This document shows positions 1 to 10,915 of a stretch of 64,000 bases of DNA, one piece after another (within the stretch, counting starts at the first letter, position 1; every line of letters starts with the position of its first letter). Origin of the DNA: Felis catus (lineage: Eukaryota); the NCBI RefSeq assembly GCF_018350175.1, contig NC_058373.1:100318001-100382000 (forward strand). The letters are read 5' to 3'. A program made the position numbers and the translations under genes. Below the pieces are notes generated by a model that ran no database searches, was not told where the DNA came from, and worked only from the letters and a program-made list of their open reading frames with translations.

Positions 1-1140
1 AATACCATTCTCATTTAGAAACCACCTCATTGTGGGGCCTATAACCAGGGTCAGGAAGTTTAAAAATAAAGTTTATTAAGACAGGTGGCTCACTTATCCA
101 ACACCCCTTACTTGGGAAACCCAAATGGCCTTGGTTCAAAGGAAGATCTAATACTAAGTGTAAAACATCTCTGATGAAACAAACATTTCCAGACACATCT
201 CTAAACTATTTTCCATTATTTACCATACAGGAGTTTAGATGTGGTGCAAACAAAAGGCGATTATTTTCAGTTAGTGACAGCCACTCAGGCTTCCCTGCGA
301 CACCTTGATAAAGGACAAAGACAGACTTCTTTCTCACTGGGTAAAGAGAATAAATTGTTTCCTTCTAAATGAGTCTGTACCAGCTGAATGCAGAAGCAGT
401 CATGTGCCAGGGATAAGTTCTGGCCTTTGGCTTCCTGCTTCTTCCAAGTGGCTTTCCACCCCTTAATGTATCTACATGGAATTTGGGGAGGCTGCTCCCT
501 ACTTCCTCCCAAAGAGACAACTCCTCCAATGAGTCATGTAGACACACACTCGAATGTCTCGGGCATTTTCTTGTCTAAGTACAGACAGGATCGCATTGCA
601 CCAGCATCCCATGTCACCTACAGCTTCAGCAGCCTCCTCCACTTTCTCAGAGTGCCATGGCCTAGTGCCACAGCCCTGGAGAACCAGGGCATGTGTCTAG
701 GGATCCTACAGAGGAGGAGGGAAAAGCTGGTAATCGATGCCCATTTCAGAACAAGAGCAGCAGGTGTTTGTGCTTTGCCCAGGCTGGGGGTATAAGGTGG
801 GTGAGTGGGTAAAAGTGTGTTGGATCTGGGGTGGGGTAGACTGGTGGAGCTAATAAGTGGGTGCAGGGTTTGGATTGCCTGCAACGGTATTTCAAGCCTT
901 AGGTATTGCTTTTTAAATCACCATGAATAATTTCTTTTCCATTCTCCCAAGAGAGTTCAAATATGATCATTAAATTTTCTAGCTTTTAGAAGATTATGAA
1001 CCTAGGACTCACCACTATTGGCTTTTATTTACCAGAATGCAATTAGATGATTGGATAAATTATTGGTGACTTTGCCAGTAACTGTGATTCCTGTGGGATT
1101 ATTATGAAATGCTAATTTTTTAAAACTTTTAAGTCTCCTG

Positions 1141-1582
1141 TGTTAAAAAATTATTCTGAAAAATTATTCTAAATTTTAAAATTTAACTTGAATACTTTAA
1201 AAATTATTTTAAGATTTATTTTTGTTCAAATAGTAAAGAAGACTTCATTCAGGACTCTTGTGGTAAAAGCATTGCTATAGGGGTTAGAGAGAGAGAGTGC
1301 TCCAAATACAATAAAGACAGCTGGAGATTAATAGCCAAGGAGCAGAGAGAAGAGGTCAGTGGATGGAAAATTACCAAGAGGAGACATTGAGGATGGGGGA
1401 ACTTGCCAAACCACCTTAACAGGATTCTTGCCAAAGGTAGGACAAGGACAGACACATAAAAAGTGGGGGGATAAGGAACACCATCCCAGCAAGGATATGG
1501 GTGGAGACTGGAGGCTGAGGTTTTGTCGAGAAAAGGTCTTAGAGGAGCCTGACTAAAGTTTGGTCAAAGAGAGTCTTTGTCA
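1141..1582 (-). mobile_element. MER31-like ERV1 solo LTR
   Basis: Minus strand starts TGACAAAGACTCTCTTTGACCAAACTTTAGTCAGGCTCCTCT and ends …AGAATAATTTTTTAACA (TG…CA), resembling the MER31 consensus as recalled. Confidence 0.7.
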
Positions 1583-2964
1583 TGCATACTAAATTTGGTT
1601 GTCCACTACAGAAAGTGTTCAAGGAAGGGCTCTGGTAAAGTTAATCTGGGAGCAGAGAAAAGCCCTCTCAGACTTGTAGTTGGGAGCTAATTCACACAGG
1701 GTTGCTATGAGAGGGCCCAGTTCTTCTCTTTTGAAGGGTGGCCACAAATGCCGCAGTGGGGAGCAGGGTCAACAGCTGGGCCAGCCAGACCTTACAGACC
1801 TTCTGCTCACTATGGCCCACCCCATCTAGTCCAGCCAAACAATTTGCTGTTAAACTAGATCCAGAGATTATTTTTGTATATGCTGTAAGAAAGTAATTTA
1901 GTTTCATTCTTTTGCATGTAGCTGTCCAGTAGTTGGACCACTCTTACACTATACACAGAAATAAACTCAAAGTGGATTGAAGACCTAAATGTGAAACCTG
2001 AAACCATAAAATTCCTAGAAGAAAACATAGGCAATAATTTATTTGTCATTGGCCATAGACACCTTTTTCTGGAAACAACTCCTCAAGCAAGGGAAGCAAA
2101 AGCAAAATTAAACTATTGGGACTGCACCAAAATAAAAAGCTTTTGCACAGCAAAGGAAACCATCGACAAAAAGGCCGTGTACTGAACGGGAGAAAATATT
2201 TGCAAATCGTATATGCAAAAGAAGTTAATGTTTAAAATATATAAAGAAGTTGTACAACTCAACACCAAACAACTGAATAGTCTGAATTAAAAGTAGGCAG
2301 TGGCCCTGAATAGATATTTTTCAGAAAAAGTTGTAAGGATGGCCAACAGACACATGAAAAGATATTCAATATCACTAATCATCAGGGAAATGCAAAAACC
2401 ACAATGAAATATCACCTTACACCTGTCAGAAGGGCTAGAATAAAAAAGACAAGAAATAACAAGTGTTGATGAGGATGTGGAGAAAATGGAACCCTCATGC
2501 ACCTTTGGTGGGAATGTAAATTGGTGCAGCCACTGTGGAAAACAGTATGGAGGTTCTCAATAAATTAAAAATAGAATTGCCATATCATCCAGTAATCCCA
2601 TTCCAGAGTATTTGCCCAAAGAAAACAAAAACACTAATTAGAAAAGATATATGCACCCGTATGTTAATTGTTGTTTTATTTACAATAGCCAATATACGGA
2701 AACAACCTTTGTCCATCAATAGATGAATGGGTAAAGAAGATGTATGTATATGTGTATGTATATATATACATATATAGAGAAGGAGAGAGAGAGAAAATTA
2801 CTCAAACATAAAAAATAATGAGATCTTGCCATAAAAAATAATGAGATCTTGCTAATAATGTGCATATACCTAGAGGTTATAATGCTAGAGCAAGACAATT
2901 ACCATATGATTTCACTCATATGTGGAATGTAAGAAACAAAACAAAGACAAAAAAACAGACTCTT

Positions 2965-3190
2965 GGGGCACCTGGGTGACTCGGTTAAGTATCCGACTTC
3001 GGCTCAAGTCATGATCTCATGACTCATGGGTTTGAGTCCCCCATTGGGCTCTGTTCTGACAGCTCAGAGCCTGGAGCCTGCTTCGGATTCTGTGTCTCCG
3101 TCTCTCTCTGCCTTTCCCCCACTCATCCTCTCTCCCTCTGTCTCTCCCTCAAAAATAAACAATCATTAAAAACAAAAACAAAAACAACAA
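2965..3190 (+). mobile_element. CAN-SINE (SINEC) nested in L1
   Basis: ggggcacctgggtg head, CT-rich region, A-rich tail, TSD aaa(ca/cc)gactctt. Confidence 0.92.
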
Positions 3191-3304
3191 AACCGACTCT
3201 TAAATGCAGAGAAGAAACTGGTGGTTACCGGAGGGGAGGTGGGTAGAGGGATGGGTGAAATAAAGGGGATCAAGATGAGGACTGAGTAATGTGTAGAAGT
3301 GGGT

Positions 3305-3436
3305 TTTTGTTTGTTTTGTTTTTAGATTTTATTTATTTATTTTGTAAAGTAAATTCTCCACCCAACGTGGGACTCAAACTTATGACCCCATAATTGAGAA
3401 CCACATGCTTTACCGACGGAGCCAGCCAGGCACCCT
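3305..3436 (-). mobile_element. Short CAN-SINE
   Basis: tRNA-derived head on the minus strand; TSD taatgtgtagaa. Confidence 0.8.
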
Positions 3437-3527
3437 AATGTGTAGAAATGTTGAATGATTATATTGTACACCTGAAACTAATATAACACTGTATGTTAAT
3501 TATACTTAAACAAACAAACAAAAAGCC

Positions 3528-3745
3528 AGGGGTGCCTGGGTGGCTCAGTCGATTAAGCTTCTCACTTTGGCTCAAGTCATGATCTCGAGGTCCATGGGTT
3601 TGAGCCTCACATCAGGCTATGTGCCTCCAGCTCGGAGCCTGAAGCCTGCTTCGGATTCTGTCTCCCTCTCTCTCTGCCCCTTCCCTGCTCACACTCTGTG
3701 TGTGTCTCTCTCTCTCTCAAAAATAAACAAACATTAAAAAAAAAA
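3528..3745 (+). mobile_element. CAN-SINE
   Basis: Head, CT tract, poly(A); TSD aaaaagcca. Confidence 0.93.
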
Positions 3746-4258
3746 AAAAGCCAACTAGGTCCAGGGAGACTTGGAAGTCTTTATTGTTGCATGTCCCAGA
3801 GTCAAAAAAGAAGAATCAGATCACCTTTTACTAGGCTAATGTATTTTTTTGAATTGGACAAACACTTTTAGATTATAAACTTGATCTTGTTTGTAATCAC
3901 CTCAAAGGCTTCTTCAATTTCTGTGTGTGTGGTAAGATATACATGGCATAAAATTTATTTTAACTTAAAAATTTTGTTTTCATTTTGAGTACGCAGTTCA
4001 GTGGCATGAAAGTACATTCACATTCACCACTATCCATTTCCAGAACTTTTCCATCACCCTAAAGTATTTAACACTAAACTCCTAATTCCCCCTTCCCCTT
4101 AGGCCCTGGAAACTCTCATTCTACTTTCTGTGTCTATGAATTTGACTACTCTAGGTTGTGACTGGCTTATTTCACTTAGCATAATGTCTTCAAGATTCAT
4201 TCATGTTGTAGCATGTGTCAAAATTTCCTTCCTTTTTAGGGCTGAGTAATATTCCATT

Positions 4259-4324
4259 GTATGTATATGTGTGTGTGTATATATATATGTATATATATAT
4301 GTATACACATATACACTTTACCAT

Positions 4325-4372
<48 letters not shown>

Positions 4373-4395
4373 CACCTTTATCATACACATACACA
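4259..4395. repeat. Compound (TG)/(TA)/(CA) microsatellite
   Basis: Seen directly. Confidence 0.95.
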
Positions 4396-5186
4396 TCATA
4401 TTTTGTTTATACATTCATCTGTCAAAGGACGCTTGAATTGCTTCCAGCTTTTGGCTATTGTGAATAATGCTGCTGCAAACATAGATGTAAAAATATTTGT
4501 TTCAGTCCTTTTAATTTTGGGGGGGGTATATACTAGAAGTGGAATTGCTGGATCGTTTGGTAATTTTTTTAATTTCTTGAGGAACCATCGTACTGTTTTC
4601 CACAGTGTCTGCACCATTTTACATTCCCACTAGCAATACACAAGAGTTCCAGTTTCTCTATATCCTCATCAATATTTGTTCTTTTCTTTCTTTCTCTCTT
4701 TTGTTTTTTTTTTTCTAGTAGCCCTCCTGATGGGTGTAAAGTGGTATGTCCTGGTGGTTTTGATTTGCGTTTCCCTGATGATCAATGATATTGAGCATCT
4801 TTTCATGTGATTATATATGCCATTTATAGATCTGTTTTGGAGAAATGTCTGCTCAAGCCCTTTGCCTATTTTTAAATTGTTTGCGTTTTTTGTTGGTGGT
4901 GACTGTAGGAATTTTTTATATATTCTGGATATTAATTCCTTATCAGACATATGATTTGCGAATATTTTCTCATTCTGTAGGTTTCCTTTTCACTCTGTTG
5001 ATAGTATCTTTTGATATATAAAGGTTTTAAATTTTGACGAAATCCAATTTATCTATTTTTTGTTGTCTGTGTTTTGGTGTCATATCAAAGAATTCATTGC
5101 CAAATTCAATGTCATGAAGATTTTGCCTTGTATTCTCTGCTAAGAGTTTTATAGTTTTAGGTCTCATGTTTAGGTTTTTCATCCAT

Positions 5187-5382
5187 TTTTTAGAATGTAT
5201 ATTTATTTTTGAGAGAGGAGAAGGGAGGGGCAGGGCCGGTTGGGGGCGGAGCAGACAGAGGATCCGAAGAGGGCTCTGTGCTGACAGCAGAGAGCCTGAT
5301 GTGGGGCTCAAACTCACGAACTGTGAGATCATGACCTGAACAGAAGTTGGACGCTTTACTGACTGAGCCTCTCAGGCGTCCC
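5187..5382 (-). mobile_element. CAN-SINE nested in L1
   Basis: Typical head and body; flanking atccattt repeat. Confidence 0.88.
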
Positions 5383-6499
5383 GGGTGTTTGATCCATTTG
5401 AGTTAGTTTTTGTATATAGTGTAAGGTATGAGAGCAATTTCATTTTTTTTGCATGTGGACATTCATTTTTCCCAGCACCATGTGTTGAAGGCTGTCTTTT
5501 CCCCATTGAATGGTCTTGGCGCCCTTGTGATTGATCATTCAGTTTTATCTCATGTTGAGGAGAGGAAACTGCTAGAATTGTGTCACTTTTAGATGTGCAT
5601 TTCACTTTTCAATAGGTTTTCAAAATCTATGTATCCACCACAGTTTTTCACCAGCCTTTTGTTAGAAAGTCAGTGGGAGGTAGTGACTTTACCTTTATTA
5701 TGTATGACAAGGCCTGGCCCTATGAAGGATTCTGCCAGTCTGATGTACTTGTATGGTTTGAGGAAACGCAGACCTCTGCAAATTTTCTTCGTTGGGTATC
5801 CTACAGATTGGGCTTTCCTCCTAAGGAATATATTCCTTTAGTCTAACAAACCTTTAGAATGCCAGTACATGTGGGAGGAATAAAAAACATTAGTCATTTA
5901 CACACCAGTGTGAATTCATTTACAACATTACATTCCTCACAGTTGATTAACTGAGAAGAAGGGAATTTTAACTTAAACTTTATTGGAGGTTTGGGGAGAA
6001 GGAAAAACACTACTTTAAGGAAAAGGCCACATTCCAAGGAGGGCAGGCCTGGGTTTCGTGCTACCCTGGGCAGCATGAGGCATTGAGCCAAGAGAAAACC
6101 GTAGCCCAGAAGGGGAAGTGGGAGAATCTAAAGATAAATTTTGCCTACTTCACAGCTATGTCAGGGAGAGGTTCTGGAAGTGAGCGTGAGTAATCCATTG
6201 ATGTGCATGTGCATGACCTAGACCCGTCTCTTTTATGTTTATTTTAAAGCAATAGCTCATGTTTCTCCAGGCCTGGCAGCATTTCTTTTAGTTATTAGTT
6301 TTTTCTTTTAGTTATTAGCCTGCAAATAACTAACAGAGGATTTTCTTTCTGTGACCCTCGCCTCTACCTCCAACACACACACACTCACACACATTTCTCT
6401 CTTTAGGATTTGTTATGATTTTGTAATGATTCTAATTTGAGTTGATTATGCATATTTAAATACTAGATATACTGAAGCTGGTGAGTACTGGATATTTTA

Positions 6500-6753
6500 T
6501 TTTATTTTATTTTATTTTATTTTATTTTATTTTTTGAGAGAGGGAAGGTGCAAGTGAGAGAGGTGCAGAGAGAGAATCCCAGGAGGGGAAGAGAGGGAGA
6601 GGGGGAGAGGGGGAGAGGGGGAGAGAGAAAGAGAAGCAGGTCTCACCCAAAGCATGGCTCAAGCTCACCTGACATGGGACTCGAACTCATGCACAGTGAG
6701 ATCGTGACCTGAGCCAAAGTCAGATGCTTAACGACGGAACCACTCAGGTGCCC
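6500..6753 (-). mobile_element. CAN-SINE with a (TTTTA)n tail
   Basis: TSD ctggatatttta. Confidence 0.9.
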
Positions 6754-8430
6754 CTGGATATTTTAATAGTTACATTCCTACATTTCAAGAATTAGAATGT
6801 TTTTAAAATTTTTAAAGAGTGGCATCCTGTCCTTTAAGCTTCTGTTTCTAGCCAAAATCATCTCTACTACACACTAGAGAAAAGCAGTTTTAAAACTTGG
6901 TTCAGTTATCTCTAAAATACCTTTTACTCACCAAGGAAAAGGTGTACCCAGATCACATTCAAAGTTTGTATGTCATTAACACCTTAGTCTCATTAATGTG
7001 GCCGCAGAAGACTTCACCACTGCTGGATGTAAGTCTCAGAAAAAGTACCACGGAGGCCAAACACACTCTTTCTTAGTTTGCTACTAAGGTTCTCCCCTCT
7101 TCTATTATGGAACTACTTCTCTGTCACTTCTTGGTCTTTGTACTGTTATACGGGAGTGGACTTGTGACAACAGAATATAAGATACCACGTATCACTCTAG
7201 CCAACGCTTTTCCTCTAACAAATCACACTTGACTGTGTTTCAGAAGCTAATGACCAGCTGTCTTGTGCTATTATGAGGAAGCTGGGGTTTCCACTTTCCA
7301 TTATCTTTTAGCTGGCATCTACTTTCTTTATTGTTTGTTTCTTTGTTTGTTTTTGTTTTTAACTTATGTTGTCCAACTTCAGGACCACAAATCTAGTGAC
7401 TAATATCCCCTACTCTTAGATAGCCTATATGACTTTCCCTGAAAAAAATGTATACAACAAAGAAAAACGTAACTTTAACACAGTAATGGTCATCTTGCTT
7501 GATTAGCTCATATAGTTCCTTTGCGTTTTGAGGAATATGGTTTTCCCTGTTTGGAATTATTACTGTTATTTGAGGTAATCTTTGACCGAAATAATACAGT
7601 AGCTAATAAGTTTTTGAGTAGAGTAGAATGGAATAGAAAGCATCTTTAACCTGGTGATATTTTTGATAACATTTTTCTTGTAAGATTCCAGTGTGGCAGC
7701 ATGGGTATATCATATGTCCCAACTCATCAAATTCTGCACATTAAATATGTGCAGTTTTTTTGTGTATTAATTATGTCTCAACTAAGCTGTTTATTTAAAA
7801 AAATAATAATTTTGTTTCTGTGAAAGAGGCCCAGTCTTGCCAAAAAAAAAAAAAAAAGATTCTAATAAACAGAAAGAGATACCATAATCATGGATTAGAG
7901 GGCTCAATATTGTCAAAATGTCAGTTCTCCCCAAAGTAGTGTAGAGATTGAATACAATCTCAATCTTAATTCCAGCAGGGATTTTAAGGTAGAAATTGAC
8001 AGGATGTGATTCTAAACTCTCTACGGAAATGCAAAGGATCTAGACTTGCAAAACAGTTTTTGAGAAGAATAAATCTAGAGAACTTAAGTTATCTGAGTCA
8101 AGATTTACAGTATAATGCTACAATAGTCAAAGCAGTGTGGTGCTGTCAGAGGAGAGAAAAGTGTGGTATGAGGACAGAAATAGACGGTCACTTACTGGGC
8201 AACTGATTTTTGTCAAAGGGGCAAGCAAGGTAATTCAATGAGGAAACAATAGTGTTTTCAACAAATGGTGCCGGAATAACTGGATAACCACATTAAGAAA
8301 ATGAACTTTGACCAATACCTCACATCATATACAAAACTTCATTTAAGACAGATCCTAGACCTAAATCTAAAAGTTAAAATTATAATGCTCTAGAAAGAAA
8401 ATGTAAGAGAATACATTCAAAAACTAGGGC

Positions 8431-8684
8431 GGGGCGCCTGGGTGGCGCAGTCGGTTAAGCGTCTGACTTTAGCCAGGTCACGATCTCGCGGTCCGGGAGT
8501 GCGAGCCTCGCGGTCCGGGAGTTCGAGCCCCGCGTCGGGCTCTGGGCTGATGGCTCAGAGCCTGGAGCCTGTTTCCGATTCTGTGTCTCCCTCTCTCTCT
8601 GCCCCTCCCCCGTTCATGCTCTGTCTCTCTCTGTCCCAAAAATAAATAAACGTTGAAAAAAAAAATTAAAAAAAAACAACAAAA
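8431..8684 (+). mobile_element. Young SINEC_Fc-type element with an internal 22-bp duplication
   Basis: CpG-intact head; TSD aaaaactaggg. Confidence 0.95.
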
Positions 8685-9206
8685 AAAACTAGGGGTAGGC
8701 AACTATTTTTAGATAGGACTCAGAAGGCAATAACCATAAAAGAAAAATTTATAAATTATACTTCTTCAAAATTAAATATTTTTATCAAAAACACTATTAA
8801 AAATAAATAAGCAATATATAGCCTGGAAGGAGTGGCAAAATGTTATCTAATCTAATAAAGGACTTATATCCTTATATCCTGAATATATATATATAACTGT
8901 GTAACTCAGTAATAAAAACAATCCACTTTTTAAAAGATGGAAAAAAGCCTTAAACCAACGTTTCACAAAGGAGAGTATATGAATGGTCAGTAAGCACATG
9001 AAAAGATGTTCAACGGCATTAGTCATCAGAGAAATGCAAATTAAAACCACAATGAGCTCATGCCATACACCCATTAAAATAGCTAAAATCGAAAAGACTG
9101 ACAACAGCAAATGCTGGTGAAGCTGTAAGCAACTCTTATATATTACCAGTGGAAATATAAAGTAGTACATCCACTTTGGGAAAAGGTTTAGCAGTTTTAC
9201 CTATCC

Positions 9207-9738
9207 TTTTTTTTTTTTTTTTTAATTTAAATTTAAGTTAGTTAGCATATAGTATAGTCTTGGCTTCAGGAGTAGAACCCAGTGATTCATCTCTTACATA
9301 TGACCCCCAGTGCTCATCTTAAAAAATGCCCTTCTTTTTTTTTTCTTTTAAAGGAATGAAATAAAGGCTTCTAGTGTATTTACTTCTCATCCACAGGCTT
9401 AACAAACCTAAGCAGAATGTAAGAAAGTAAATCTGCTGTGCTGTATTGTCTTCTCTTGCGGTCCAAAGTGCAGTACAAATGAATCTGGAATAATGTGTTA
9501 TAAATTCTTTAAGCTAGAGTTAGGTGACTGAGAGGTCATCATATTACATTTTTAAACTTTTCATTACTGTGGTCTATTTCATGCCCATCACCCATTTAAC
9601 CCATCCCCTCACCCACCTCCCCTCCAGCAACCCTCAGTTTGTCCTCTGTATTGAAGAGCCTCTTCTGGTTTGCTTCCCTCTGTGTTTTATCTTATTTTCT
9701 CTTCCCTTCCCCTATGTTCATTTCTTGTGTTTCTCAGA
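9207..9738 (-). mobile_element. Carnivore LINE-1 3'UTR fragment nested in the older L1
   Basis: Poly(T) at 9207; L1 3'UTR motifs; TSD TTAGCA(G/A)TTTTACCTA at 9188 and 9739. Confidence 0.85.
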
Positions 9739-10434
9739 TTAGCAATTTTACCTACCTTTTGACTTAGAAATTCCACTCCTCAGAGAAATGAACTACATGT
9801 TCACAAGAAGGCTTGTACAAGGATGTTCCCAGTAGCTGTATTTATAGTAATTCCAGAATGGAAACACCCCCAAAGTGGATCAATAGAGAATGGATAGACA
9901 AGTTGTGTTGTATTCATACTAGGAATGAACTAGTGATATATTCAACAACATTGGATAGATCTCAAAAATATGCTGAGCAAAAGAAACCAGATATAAGAGG
10001 ACATTTAGTGTGCTCCCACTTATAGAAATTCTAGAAGAGGCAAAAAAATAAGGTAGAAAAAAACCAAAAAGCAAAAGCAGTGGTTTCCTCTGAGGGTGGG
10101 ATTTGATGAGAAGGGACATGGGGACACTTTCTGGGGGGATGGAAATGTTCTGAATCATAAGGGTAGTGTGGTTTACATACAGGTATCCGTTTGTCAAAAG
10201 GTACAGCTATTTGTGCATTTCAGCATATGTATATTTTTACCTCAAAAAGCTGTAGAACAAGAATAATTGAGTGAGGAGTTGGTAGAGGTAAAAATGGTGC
10301 AGGAACAGGAGGATATTGGTAATTGTTAAAATTGTGTGATGGGTGCATGGGAGTTCTATTTCATTTACTTTTATTGATGTTTGGAATTTTTAATAATGAA
10401 AGTTTTAAAACATGTTTATAAAATATAAAAAGTT

Positions 10435-10643
10435 GGGGTGCCTGGGTGGCTCAGTCGGTTAAGCATTCTGACTTCAGCTCAGGTTATGATCTCTCAGTTC
10501 GTGGGTTTGAGCCCGTGTCCGGCTCTGTGCTGACAGATCAGAGCCTGGAGCCTACTTTGGATTCTGTGTCTCCTTCTCTCCCTGCCCTCCTGCACTCTCT
10601 CTCTGTCTCTCTCTCTCAAAAATAAATAAACGTTGAAAAAAAA
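10435..10643 (+). mobile_element. CAN-SINE
   Basis: TSD aatataaaaagtt. Confidence 0.92.
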
Positions 10644-10744
10644 CCTTTTTTTTTAATATAAAAAGTTAATTGGATGGATGGATCATGGATTGTTCTTGCT
10701 GTTGTACTTGGGTAATATTCGATTATCCATATTAATGGAGCAGA

Positions 10745-10915
10745 ACAACAGTGGCTTAAGATCACAAGCGTTTGGAGCCATTTATTAGCTGTGTGGCTTT
10801 GAGAAAATTCGCTGATTTCTCCATCGCCCAAGTCCCTTTGTGAGGCTTCAAGGAGATGAAATATGTGTAAAGTATTTTGCCAAGTTCTTGCACAGTAAAT
10901 GTTGGTTACTATTAC
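10745..10915 (+). mobile_element. MIR SINE remnant
   Basis: ccatttattagctgtgtggctttgagaaa…ttgtgagg…agtaaatgttggttactatta. Confidence 0.6.

Larger units (their letters stand above)
1868..3527 (+). mobile_element. Carnivore LINE-1 3' portion with a short inverted 5' segment, interrupted by SINEs
   Basis: ORF2 C-terminal remnants (…[10 protein letters not shown]…); 1868-1930 is L1 in reverse orientation; degenerate TSD AACTAG(A/G)TCCAG(A/G)GA at 1853-1867 and 3753-3767. Confidence 0.8.
3930..5535 (-). mobile_element. Older LINE-1 3' portion with an embedded microsatellite and a SINE
   Basis: Minus-strand ORF2 remnants (LWKTVRWFLKKL…PAIPLL; MKRCSISLIIRETQIKTT). Confidence 0.85.
7870..10260 (+). 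mobile_element. Old L1M-type LINE-1 fragment hosting nested insertions
   Basis: Degenerate ORF2 3' motifs (tcaatattgtcaaaatgtcagttctcccc; gaaatgcaaattaaaaccacaatgag). Confidence 0.75.

Noticed and set aside
388..795. 135-aa plus-strand ORF and overlapping short ORFs
   Set aside because: No recognisable domain or splice context; consistent with chance ORFs in intergenic DNA.
2808..2852. Tandem duplication ATAAAAAATAATGAGATCTTGC x2
   Set aside because: Local slippage within a dead L1; no functional implication.
4190..4633. His/Thr- and Cys/Val-repeat ORFs
   Set aside because: Translations of (CA)n/(TG)n microsatellites inside an L1.
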